Assembly: GCA_964449065.1 (NCBI GenBank)
Contig: CAYVAZ010000012.1
Location: 1-35,462 of the forward strand
DNA length: 35,462 nucleotides
From: an uncultured bacterium
Lineage (GTDB): Bacteria > Hinthialibacterota > Hinthialibacteria > Hinthialibacterales > Hinthialibacteraceae
Direction: 5' to 3'
The notes below the pieces were generated by a model. The model ran no database searches, was not told the DNA's origin, and was given only the letters and a program-made list of their open reading frames with translations. The stretch's first letter is position 1, and each line of letters opens with the position of its first letter. Both the position numbers and the translations under genes were made by a program. Below are positions 27,212 through 35,462 of the stretch, piece after piece.

Positions 27212-28315
27212 ATGCCCATGTCATCTCCACATAACCGAAGGCAAGCCTTTCGAGGAAACTTTAAATCCTTTCTATCAGAGTTTTCCGATCTAATGGATTT
27301 AAACGAACCGCTCGCCTTTTTAGGGTTCGACCGTTCCTACGTCAAACTTAAACGCGAGGCAATGGCAACGGTGTTTGAAGTGATCCTGCCAAACTATGAA
27401 TCCGTGCAAAAGCGCCGAGCCGCAACCATGCTGCTCGATGAAATCGACCGCGTTGAATCGATCTTTACGATATGGAAAGGCCGATCCGAACTCAAAATTC
27501 TCAACGAAACCGCCTGGAAAGAACCGGTCAAAGTCTGTGAGGATGTATTCGAACTTCTTGCCACCGCAAAGAAAATTCACGAATGGACGAACGGCGCATA
27601 CGATCTAACAAGCACACCACTGGCGAAATGCTGGGGCTTCTTTTACCGCGAGGGTAGAATGCCGCGAAAAGAAGAAATCGGAAATGCCATGAAAAGAATT
27701 GGAATGCAGCATGTCATTTTAGACAAAAACAACCAAACCGTATTTTTCGAAAAACGCGGTCTCGAACTTACCCCTGCCAGTATCGGGAAAGGCTTCGCCC
27801 TCGATAAAGCCGCCGCACTCGCGAAATCAACGGACTGCAAGACCTACATGCTGAACGCCGGCGGAAGCAGTATCTACGCTTCCGGCCACCCGGCTTGGAA
27901 AGACCGTTGGGCGTTCAATATTCGCAGTCCCTTCAACCGCAAAGAATCCATCGCGCAGTTTCGCGTCAAAGACAAAGGGTTTTCATCCTCCGGCTGCGAT
28001 GAACAACACTTTGAACACCAAGGCAAAACCTATGGCCACATAATCGATCCCCGCAGCGGCTATCCCGCTTCTGAACTGGTCAGTGTGAACGTTACAGCTC
28101 CCACAGCCGCCGAAGCCGAGGCACTTTCTACGGCATTTTACGTGCTAGGGGTTGAGCAAACGTTAAAATACTGTGAAAATCACCCTGAAATAGGAGTTTT
28201 GCTTATCTTACCTAAAGGCAATTCTAAGCAATCTTCGCTTATTATTAGCAATCTCAATGATCAGGAAGTGGAGGTCAAGGACGAATCGTGTCAACTTCAA
28301 CGGTATATGAACTAA
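27212..28315 (+). CDS. apbE: FAD:protein FMN transferase (ApbE family)
   Basis: AMATVFEV, SELKILN, TNGAYDLT, SIGKGFALD, GHIIDPRSGYP, AEALSTAF. Confidence 0.92.
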   Translation: MPMSSPHNRRQAFRGNFKSFLSEFSDLMDLNEPLAFLGFDRSYVKLKREAMATVFEVILPNYESVQKRRAATMLLDEIDRVESIFTIWKGRSELKILNETAWKEPVKVCEDVFELLATAKKIHEWTNGAYDLTSTPLAKCWGFFYREGRMPRKEEIGNAMKRIGMQHVILDKNNQTVFFEKRGLELTPASIGKGFALDKAAALAKSTDCKTYMLNAGGSSIYASGHPAWKDRWAFNIRSPFNRKESIAQFRVKDKGFSSSGCDEQHFEHQGKTYGHIIDPRSGYPASELVSVNVTAPTAAEAEALSTAFYVLGVEQTLKYCENHPEIGVLLILPKGNSKQSSLIISNLNDQEVEVKDESCQLQRYMN

Positions 28316-28938
28316 CTTCAGTACAAAAGTTTTTCTTCGCCATCCTGCGGATGGCGATCGGCTGGCATTTTTTGCGGGAAGGATATGTCAAACTCTCGCA
28401 AACTGACTGGTCTGCTTATGGGTACCTTGCCAACTCATGGGGACCTTTCGCACCGTATTTTAAGCAGATGGCAGAAGACCCTCAAATGCTGCAACTGGCT
28501 AATACAGGGATGCCTTGGGCATTAACTCTGGTAGGGCTTGGCCTGATGTTCGGTGTTTTTACCCGTCTGTCATGCCTTGGTGGAATCGTTTTATTGGCCT
28601 CCTTTTATCTTTCAGCGCCACCGTGGGGAGAGCCGCAAATCCCCTTGCCGTTTGTACAAGATACGGAATTCAGCTGGGGCTATTATGAAATGATGCTGAG
28701 TAACGCCACTTGGGCCGGCAACATCATGATCGGCTCGGAAGGCAACTATCAAATTGTCAACAAAAACCTGTTGGAACTCTTAGCTTTGGTCGCTTTACTT
28801 ACGACTAATAGTGGAAAGTTCTGCGGCTTTGACGGTCTGATTGGTTACTACATTTTCGGTTTCGGACGTTCAAAACAAGCAAAAGAACAATCCAGCGAAA
28901 CAGATTCGACACCGGAACTTCAACCCGCAACCGAGTAA
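28288..28938 (+). CDS. DoxX/DoxD-family membrane protein
   Basis: LRMAIGWHFLREGYVKL, WSAYGYL..S.GPF, GLGLMFGVFTR, IVNKNLLE, GFDG; GTG start overlapping the end of apbE. Confidence 0.88.
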   Translation: MSTSTVYELTSVQKFFFAILRMAIGWHFLREGYVKLSQTDWSAYGYLANSWGPFAPYFKQMAEDPQMLQLANTGMPWALTLVGLGLMFGVFTRLSCLGGIVLLASFYLSAPPWGEPQIPLPFVQDTEFSWGYYEMMLSNATWAGNIMIGSEGNYQIVNKNLLELLALVALLTTNSGKFCGFDGLIGYYIFGFGRSKQAKEQSSETDSTPELQPATE

Positions 28939-28986
28939 AAAAAATCTAAAATACAGAGAAAGAAATCGGGGAAAGGAAACAAGATC

Positions 28987-30414
28987 ATGCCAACATTAAC
29001 AGAAGGACAAAAGGCCATAGGCCGCCGTAACTTTTTGAAAGCCGCTGCCACCCTGCCGGTCGCGGCCGGGTTTGGAGCCACCGCGTTAAACGCAGGTCCT
29101 GTCAAAGCGGGGATTGTCGGAACCGGGATGGAAGGCCGTGTACTCATCGATTCCATCGATCCCAAATACATCAACTTGGTTGGATTGTGCGACATTCGGC
29201 CGGACAATTTGGCGGTAGGTGAATTTTGGGTCAAAACCAAAAACAAATTAAATGACAATCCAAAAACGTATCTTAAATACGAAGACATGCTTGCCGATCC
29301 GGAACTTGAAGCCGTCTTGATCGCGACACCCCTGTTCCTGCACGGCCCAATGACTTTACAAGCTTTGGATGCCGGCAAACACGTTTTTGTTGAAAAAACC
29401 ATGGCGTACTCGGTTGATGAATGTGTGCAAATGGTTGAAAAAGCCAGACAGAAAAACCTCAACCTGCAAGTCGGCCACATGAAGTTCTACAACCCGCTTT
29501 ACTGGGACACCTACCGCATGTTTAAAGAAGGCATGTTGGGCAATGTTTACCATGCCCGTATGGCATGGCACCGTAACACAGACTGGAACTATTGGATTCA
29601 TGTCCAACAACAACACTTCGACGCCTTAATGGATTTTGATCCGACTCCGTATGAGTATTCCGATCACGAAGAATTGGTGAACTGGCGCTGGTACAACCGC
29701 ACCTCACAAGGGATGTGGTCCGAACTTGCAAGCCACCAATTGGCTATCAGCAATTGGTTCTTCGGTGAAAACGGTAAAGATGTTCTTCCCACCGCAGTAC
29801 AAGGCCACCAAACCCACTCCAAATCCGTCTACGATTTGGAAGAAAAATACCGCGGATGGGATCCCGAAAAGTTGGAAATGAATAAAGTGTATGAAGGCGA
29901 TCCGCGCGACAGCAACGATCACATCTACGCGATTTACGAATATCCGGAAGGCCGTACCGTCACCTACTCCGCCATCCAAAGTAACGTGTACGATAAATCC
30001 TACGAAATGTTCATGGGCACGTGGGGTACGGTCATCCTGCAAAGCGAAGTCGAGTCTTACCTCTTCTGGGAACCGGGATGGGATGAGACCAAAGCCGCGG
30101 AAGAAGCCAAAGCCATCAAAGAAAATAACAGAACCGAAGTCGCCGTGGAAGAAGAAGGCGAAGAAGGTGAAGCAGCCATGGGCCACGCGACAGCCGGTGC
30201 CGCGACAGGCGGCGGCGGCGATACCGGAATGTCGATCTACCAGCCTTACACTTGGGAACTCGAAGGCTTTGCCCATACCATTCGTTCCGGTGCACCCAAC
30301 TTGTGCGATGGCGTCCGCGCCGGCAAAACCGCACTTGCAATCTACGCCGGAAAAGAAGCCGCCACCAAACACCAACGCGTCGAAATCGAAGACCCCTTTG
30401 CCAAGTTCGTATAA
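28987..30414 (+). CDS. Tat-signal Gfo/Idh/MocA-family oxidoreductase
   Basis: GRRNFLKAAA, GIVGTGMEG Rossmann motif, IATPLFLH, GKHVFVEKTMA, NWRWY, ELASHQL. Confidence 0.93.
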   Translation: MPTLTEGQKAIGRRNFLKAAATLPVAAGFGATALNAGPVKAGIVGTGMEGRVLIDSIDPKYINLVGLCDIRPDNLAVGEFWVKTKNKLNDNPKTYLKYEDMLADPELEAVLIATPLFLHGPMTLQALDAGKHVFVEKTMAYSVDECVQMVEKARQKNLNLQVGHMKFYNPLYWDTYRMFKEGMLGNVYHARMAWHRNTDWNYWIHVQQQHFDALMDFDPTPYEYSDHEELVNWRWYNRTSQGMWSELASHQLAISNWFFGENGKDVLPTAVQGHQTHSKSVYDLEEKYRGWDPEKLEMNKVYEGDPRDSNDHIYAIYEYPEGRTVTYSAIQSNVYDKSYEMFMGTWGTVILQSEVESYLFWEPGWDETKAAEEAKAIKENNRTEVAVEEEGEEGEAAMGHATAGAATGGGGDTGMSIYQPYTWELEGFAHTIRSGAPNLCDGVRAGKTALAIYAGKEAATKHQRVEIEDPFAKFV

Positions 30415-30439
30415 GCGGCAATCGTAAAGAATAGCCTTG

Positions 30440-30477
30440 AAAAGGGATAAGGTAATCAATCGCCTTATCCCTTTTTT
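30440..30477 (+). terminator. Intrinsic terminator (possibly bidirectional)
   Basis: Perfect stem AAAAGGGATAAGG-N10-CCTTATCCCTTTT plus T run, 25 nt after the stop codon. Confidence 0.85.
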
Positions 30478-30781
30478 ATACCAAATCTCTTATGTATACA
30501 AAAACCAAACCATACACAAAGCCAATTATTTTTATACCGTTTCATTGAAATAATATGCGGTGTGCGGTACCGGCTGGATGCCGATGCTCCCCTTTTATGG
30601 AGGAATCACACAGAATTTATTTGAATCCGTATTCCTTAAACGGTCAGCCGATATCAACAATTTGTCCGTCTTAGAAGTCCGGGGCTGTTAGTTCATTCCA
30701 ATCAACCCAATTTTTCGTATGGATTTGAGTCCATTCTTGGCTTTGCTAAATTGGTGGAATGAAAACCGGGAAGATCACTGT

Positions 30782-31279
30782 TTAAAACACAGGGGGGTCA
30801 CTCGGCGGTTCTAGTTTTACGGAAGACGGGTCTTTCACAAAGCGCCAGCGGCTGCGGGGAAACATAACACGGTCCACACCGATCCCCCCGCTTCCAACAA
30901 GAAATAACGTAATACACCCACCCATTAACACTAAATTATACTCAAACCCGCTGTTTTGCAGAAAAAAGCCGTTTTGACCGTGGACAAAATATATGGCGCC
31001 GGCCATAACCGCGGCAAGCAAGAATGAACATTCACGGGTAAACCACCCCAAAATCAAGGCGGCACCACCAAAAAATTCGACCAGAGCAACAAACCACGCG
31101 TTTAATGTTGGATAAAATATCCCCATCGATTCAAAACTTTCAATCGTACCTTCGATCCCTCCACCGCCGAACATCCCCAATAACTTTTGCGAACCGTGCG
31201 CCACAAAGACGATTCCTATGCAAAGCCGCAAAATCAGCAATGCAACCCCATAATACGAACCCATATGTTTTTCCAGCAT
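30782..31279 (-). CDS. DoxX-family membrane protein (classical small type)
   Basis: LRLCIGIVFVAHGSQKL.G.FGG.G, EFFGG...ILG.FTR, VH..NGFF...GFEY; AGGAG RBS. Confidence 0.92.
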   Translation of the reverse strand: MLEKHMGSYYGVALLILRLCIGIVFVAHGSQKLLGMFGGGGIEGTIESFESMGIFYPTLNAWFVALVEFFGGAALILGWFTRECSFLLAAVMAGAIYFVHGQNGFFLQNSGFEYNLVLMGGCITLFLVGSGGIGVDRVMFPRSRWRFVKDPSSVKLEPPSDPPVF

Positions 31280-31772
31280 CGTTGCTCCTTATCTCCTTAT
31301 ACTTAAATCGATATCAGAGGACAAATTCTAACGGCTCTTTTCTGTTTTTTCAATTTGCTTAAAAGAGTGTGCTTAAAAGAGTGATTCTACTATTGAAAAC
31401 GCGGGATGATTTTTACGGAAGTGCTTGAGGTGATTTTCTGCATTGAAAGTCCAGTTCGATTTGATTTGGCGTGAATCCCATACCGGTCGTTCCATCACCA
31501 CAAACCGGCAACCGCCGACCGTTTTTCTACTCATTCTTTTTAAGATGGTTCAGGAAGAAAACTGCTAAGCCGTTCTTTCGCTGAGGCGTATCGCCCCGCT
31601 CACTCTACAATCCAACCTGGAAACGGCATTGCCTATCGGATGGAAACGGCATCCGCGGTTTAACCATCCGCGAGGCCATGTATCCATACCAACCCAGTTT
31701 CGTCATGGCGGGATCAACACGTTTTCCGATTTTCATTTCTGCCGTATGATAGGAATAGAATCCCACATCCTT

Positions 31773-33401
31773 ATGACGGCACAACACATCATGTTAAAAC
31801 AAAACCGGCTTCGTGTTTTCTTTATCTTTCTCATTTTTTTCCTCGTTTACCTCGGTCTGCGTTCGCATACCGTTTTGGGCAGGCTGGTGCATGACGACGG
31901 TTTGTTTTTAGCGGGTTCGCAAGCCTGGGCGTATGGATACATCCCCTACATCGGTTTTTGGGATCACAAACCGCCCTGCGTGTTTTTATATAACGCTATA
32001 CCGCTTATTTTCTTTCCCTTCTCTCTCATAGCGGTTAAAGGGTTTCATTGCGTAGTGCTGGCAGGCTCTGCAGTACTTCTGTTTGAGTTCTGCAAGCGAT
32101 ATGTACATTGGGCCGCATCGCTCATCACATGCCTGTTTTACATCTACTTCACATCAATGCGCTATACCATCCAATCCGGCGGCTTAACGGAAGAAGGCGC
32201 TCTCATCTTCGTCATCCTGGCCTATTGGCTCCTAAGCGTCACCCAATCAAAACAATGGTGGATGACATTGCTGGCAGGCATCAGCATCGGCTTTGCGGTG
32301 CAGTTCCGGCAGACCTTTGTGGTGGAAGCCGGTTTTGCCGTTGGATTAATTTGGCTGAATGAGAAAACCGTAAAACAAAGCATTCCGCAAGTCTTATGGC
32401 TGGCGTTTGGGATGCTCATACCGGAGATTCTCTTCTCACTTTACTTTCTGATTTGCGGGGCTTGGTGGGATTATTTCCAAGCGAGTTATCTCTACAACTT
32501 CTATTACATCGGCCCTGCCCGTCCCGATACTAGTTGGGCGGAGATTTGGCAGCGGCAAAACGAGATCATTCACAATACCGGAATCTATTTGCTCTGCCCA
32601 TTCATCGCGGGGCTGTTTTGCGTTTGGATGAATTCCCTACTGCGGTGGATGTGCCTGTTTTTGGCAATCTCTTTCTTGGGCGATTTAATCGCGATTTCAT
32701 TAAGCGGTGAATATTACGCCCATTACTATGTGCAGGCATCGGTAACATGCGCCATCTTTTTGGCATTTACCATCCACACCATCATTCAAAGTTGGAAGAC
32801 CATTTCCCTTCAGTTTATGCCAGCAGTGAAAGTCCTTTCCATTCTGTTTGTCTTGCTTACCGCATATCTCGGCTATCAATCGGGGACACGCTGCTATTTG
32901 ACTTATAACCAAACACTGGCGGAACGCGAACAACCCAACAGCCAATACACCTTTCAGCGGGATGTGGCAAACGCGGTCAATCAAATCACTTCACTGAATG
33001 ATAAAATATTATTGATTGGAAGAGTCCCCAATTCGGTTTACTTCCTATCGGAACGGCTGATTGGCTCACGCTTTTATCATTACTCGCCGTTATGGAAACC
33101 CAGTTTAAAAGGAGCCTTGACAGAAAGGCAAAAGCAGAAGTTTTTGGAGGATATGCAAACCCACCAACCCACATTATTGTTGATGGATTTAACCCGACTG
33201 CGTAGTGACAATGGGTTAGACCGCGTTGAGCGCCATGTCCCATCCGCCCTGCCCTTTATTCAAGAAAACTACACCCGCTTGGATGAACTATACCCGGGCG
33301 TAATCACGCTATGGGATTGGTATGACATCCGCCTGCAAATCATGGTTAGGAACGAACAGGCAGATGAGGTTGTGGAGAGACTATCATCCCTATCAGAGTG
33401 A
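31773..33401 (+). CDS. GT-C glycosyltransferase (ArnT/PMT-like, family 39/83)
   Basis: First TM then HDDGLF, PY..FWDHKPP, TEE, many TM helices, YAHYY, C-terminal soluble domain. Start ambiguous (ATG 31773 or 31791). Confidence 0.82.
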   Translation: MTAQHIMLKQNRLRVFFIFLIFFLVYLGLRSHTVLGRLVHDDGLFLAGSQAWAYGYIPYIGFWDHKPPCVFLYNAIPLIFFPFSLIAVKGFHCVVLAGSAVLLFEFCKRYVHWAASLITCLFYIYFTSMRYTIQSGGLTEEGALIFVILAYWLLSVTQSKQWWMTLLAGISIGFAVQFRQTFVVEAGFAVGLIWLNEKTVKQSIPQVLWLAFGMLIPEILFSLYFLICGAWWDYFQASYLYNFYYIGPARPDTSWAEIWQRQNEIIHNTGIYLLCPFIAGLFCVWMNSLLRWMCLFLAISFLGDLIAISLSGEYYAHYYVQASVTCAIFLAFTIHTIIQSWKTISLQFMPAVKVLSILFVLLTAYLGYQSGTRCYLTYNQTLAEREQPNSQYTFQRDVANAVNQITSLNDKILLIGRVPNSVYFLSERLIGSRFYHYSPLWKPSLKGALTERQKQKFLEDMQTHQPTLLLMDLTRLRSDNGLDRVERHVPSALPFIQENYTRLDELYPGVITLWDWYDIRLQIMVRNEQADEVVERLSSLSE

Positions 33402-33421
33402 TTTTAAACATATCATCCAAT

Positions 33422-33454
33422 GGTGGGCTACGCTTCGCTTTGAGCCCACCCTAC
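33422..33454 (-). repeat. GTAG-type REP palindrome
   Basis: Minus strand GTAG-GGTGGGCT-CAAAGCGAAGCGT-AGCCCACC, perfect 8-bp stem, between convergent genes. Confidence 0.8.
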
Positions 33455-33459
33455 CCGTT

Positions 33460-35403
33460 CTATTCCACAATGATTTCGAGTACCGCTTCCCGCTCATAGA
33501 GGTACAAAAACCCGTCTTCACCCCCAACCAGCAAATCGCGGTTGCCATCGCCGTTCCAGTCCACAGTTGTGGGGCTGGTGGTGTGGCCTTGGAGCCGGTC
33601 GTAAGTCACATTGCCCTCATAGCGAAAGGTAATGTTCACGCCATCCTGCTTGATGTTCTCATGCCATGCGATGTTGCTGGTTTCTTTCGGGGCTTCGCGC
33701 GGGCTGTTGATCAGCAAATCCAAATCCCCATCGCCGTCCCAATCGGCCAAATCAATCTTCCGGCGGCCGCTTTTCCCCGCTTCTCTTGCATTTAAGCGTA
33801 ACGGTTCTCCATCTTCATTGAAAAAGACGCGTTCGCCGGGCAGAGTAATCAAATCACCGCCTTTTATGACTCGTTTGAAATAACTTAAATACCCCTCATG
33901 ATCGATGACGATTAAATCATTGTTCCCGTCTTGATTCAAATCATAAACGATTGGGCGGGTGCGCCATTGCACTACCAGTTCTTTCTCTTTCGGGTTCCAC
34001 CAATTCCATGCCGGTTTGGGCGGATTGTCTTCCCACTCAACTTTAACCGGCTTTGCGGGGGCCAATACCGGGTCCATGCGGCTTTCCATGCTTTCAAACC
34101 ATTCGATTTTCCCAACGATGGTGTTTACCAAAATATCTGGAAACTCATCCATGTTCCAATCGGCTACAAACGGTACGGTATAGCCCCATTTGGCTTCCGC
34201 GGGTCCTTGGATGGATAAGTTCTCACCCGCCATATAGCGAATCACTTCGCCCCCTGCTTTCAACCGCTTGGGAGCCGCCCACTTCGGCGATGCCGCGCCA
34301 TCCAGGTTTTCGATCAATTCGATGAACCCGGCGGTATTTCCGCAGATCAAATCTTCATCGCCATCAAAATCCCAATCAAAACTGCATGGCGTAACCAGCG
34401 CGCCGCACTTGATGTAATCCGCCTCTTGCTTGAAGTATTTTGGAGGCTCTAACTTCGCTTTCCCATCCGAACCAATGCCAAGATTCTCAATCCAAGCTAC
34501 CCGGCCGTCTTCTTTCCCGACGATAATATCGGGATCACCATCTTGATCCCAATCGAAAACAGTCACTTGCAGCATTTGCAGTTCCATGTGAATAGTTTCG
34601 CCACCGGATTGCAGGTAGCCTCTGCTGGTATACGCGGGTTCTGTGCGGGAACCGGTGTTTTCAAAATAGGAAATAGTATCTAAAAACGATCCGCAGATGA
34701 GATCGAGGTCGCCGTCGTTATCCCAATCCACAAAATTGGGTGAGGGGCAGCCGTATACATCGATCGGCTCGCCATCCGCTTCTACTTTTACAGCTTCGCT
34801 GTAGACAGGATTGTTATTCGTGCCGGTATTCTTCGCCCAATAAACATAACCGTGGATCTGATCATTCGTCCAATTGCCGCTTTCATCATAGGCATCGTCC
34901 CAGCCATAGTCGCGCCAATCGCTGACTCCGAATACCAAATCGGTAATCCCGTCTCCATCATAGTCGGCAAATTTCCACTGATTGGTGCGGCCGGAATAGA
35001 AGGTTTGCTCAAATGGAATCTCGACTGCATTCTCGTAACCATTTTGTGTAAAGTTGTCAAATTCCATTCCGGGAACCGTGACGCGAGGGTCCCCATTGGT
35101 ATAGGAAATCGTGATATTGCGCTTCCCTTCCCCGATTTTGACAGCCGGTTTGAAGGCTTCTTTCCCAACGTTTTCAAAAATGTAGGTTCCGTTTGATGGA
35201 ACATCACGGGTAGAGACAACCAGATCGTTATCGCCGTCGTTGTCGTAATCCATCGGCAAGGGAATCGCCCAAAGCCCGACCCCCAAATCCACAGTCAAAC
35301 CCGGATTGTTAAACGGTACTTTTCGCTTGGCATGTGTGGATTGAGTAAATGATTCTAAACTCACAAAAATTAATAATAGCAGAATAACCCCCGTACACTT
35401 CAA
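33460..35403 (-). CDS. Secreted FG-GAP/VCBS-repeat beta-propeller protein
   Basis: Signal peptide; many Ca-binding D[WY]DxDGDxDL repeats (DYDNDGDNDL, DYDGDGITDL, DWDNDGDLDL, DWDQDGDPDI, DWDGDGDLDL, DWNGDGNRDL). Confidence 0.9.
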   Translation of the reverse strand: MKCTGVILLLLIFVSLESFTQSTHAKRKVPFNNPGLTVDLGVGLWAIPLPMDYDNDGDNDLVVSTRDVPSNGTYIFENVGKEAFKPAVKIGEGKRNITISYTNGDPRVTVPGMEFDNFTQNGYENAVEIPFEQTFYSGRTNQWKFADYDGDGITDLVFGVSDWRDYGWDDAYDESGNWTNDQIHGYVYWAKNTGTNNNPVYSEAVKVEADGEPIDVYGCPSPNFVDWDNDGDLDLICGSFLDTISYFENTGSRTEPAYTSRGYLQSGGETIHMELQMLQVTVFDWDQDGDPDIIVGKEDGRVAWIENLGIGSDGKAKLEPPKYFKQEADYIKCGALVTPCSFDWDFDGDEDLICGNTAGFIELIENLDGAASPKWAAPKRLKAGGEVIRYMAGENLSIQGPAEAKWGYTVPFVADWNMDEFPDILVNTIVGKIEWFESMESRMDPVLAPAKPVKVEWEDNPPKPAWNWWNPKEKELVVQWRTRPIVYDLNQDGNNDLIVIDHEGYLSYFKRVIKGGDLITLPGERVFFNEDGEPLRLNAREAGKSGRRKIDLADWDGDGDLDLLINSPREAPKETSNIAWHENIKQDGVNITFRYEGNVTYDRLQGHTTSPTTVDWNGDGNRDLLVGGEDGFLYLYEREAVLEIIVE

Positions 35404-35462
35404 TGGTCTATCCTTTCTTGTTTGTTGAACCGTTCATGAATTGCGGTTAGGCAACGTGAATA

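Noticed and set aside
29704..30459. 251-aa antisense ORF and other shadow ORFs such as 23885-24463 and 13540-14004
   Set aside because: They overlap well-supported genes, lack motifs, and are expected from codon bias.
30782..31279. Second DoxX as part of the apbE operon
   Set aside because: Opposite strand, beyond a strong terminator, and a different DoxX subtype; the proximity may be chance.

Overview
Bacterial chromosomal segment with mixed housekeeping and accessory genes. I see no rRNA, tRNA or CRISPR array. In order it holds: a large membrane-anchored protein running off the left edge (missed by the ORF track), an orphan NarL-type response regulator, a MobB-MobA fusion, and a decaying toxin-antitoxin islet (DUF2442 pseudogene, intact HigBA-like pair with a probably leaderless promoter, VapB plus stop-disrupted VapC, Uma2 nuclease). 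Next come a four-subunit 2-oxoacid:ferredoxin oxidoreductase operon, an M32 carboxypeptidase, a GT4 glycosyltransferase, an XPB helicase with its partner, an unusual polytopic diheme cytochrome c followed by a stand-alone cNMP-binding protein, a secreted GSDH-like/PKD protein, and heme O synthase with a Cys-less DUF3179 protein. The right part has an Rpn-family nuclease with an internal start for a small C-terminal protein, an apbE-doxX-Tat Gfo/Idh/MocA operon, a second DoxX, a GT-C glycosyltransferase and an FG-GAP repeat protein. The apbE-doxX-oxidoreductase operon is the best candidate for a little-described system, a flavin-dependent extracytoplasmic redox chain. Intergenic DNA carries GTAG-type REPs and a three-copy MITE-like repeat, one copy interrupted by a nested 171-bp insertion. 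All family calls come from motif recognition by eye; no searches were run.
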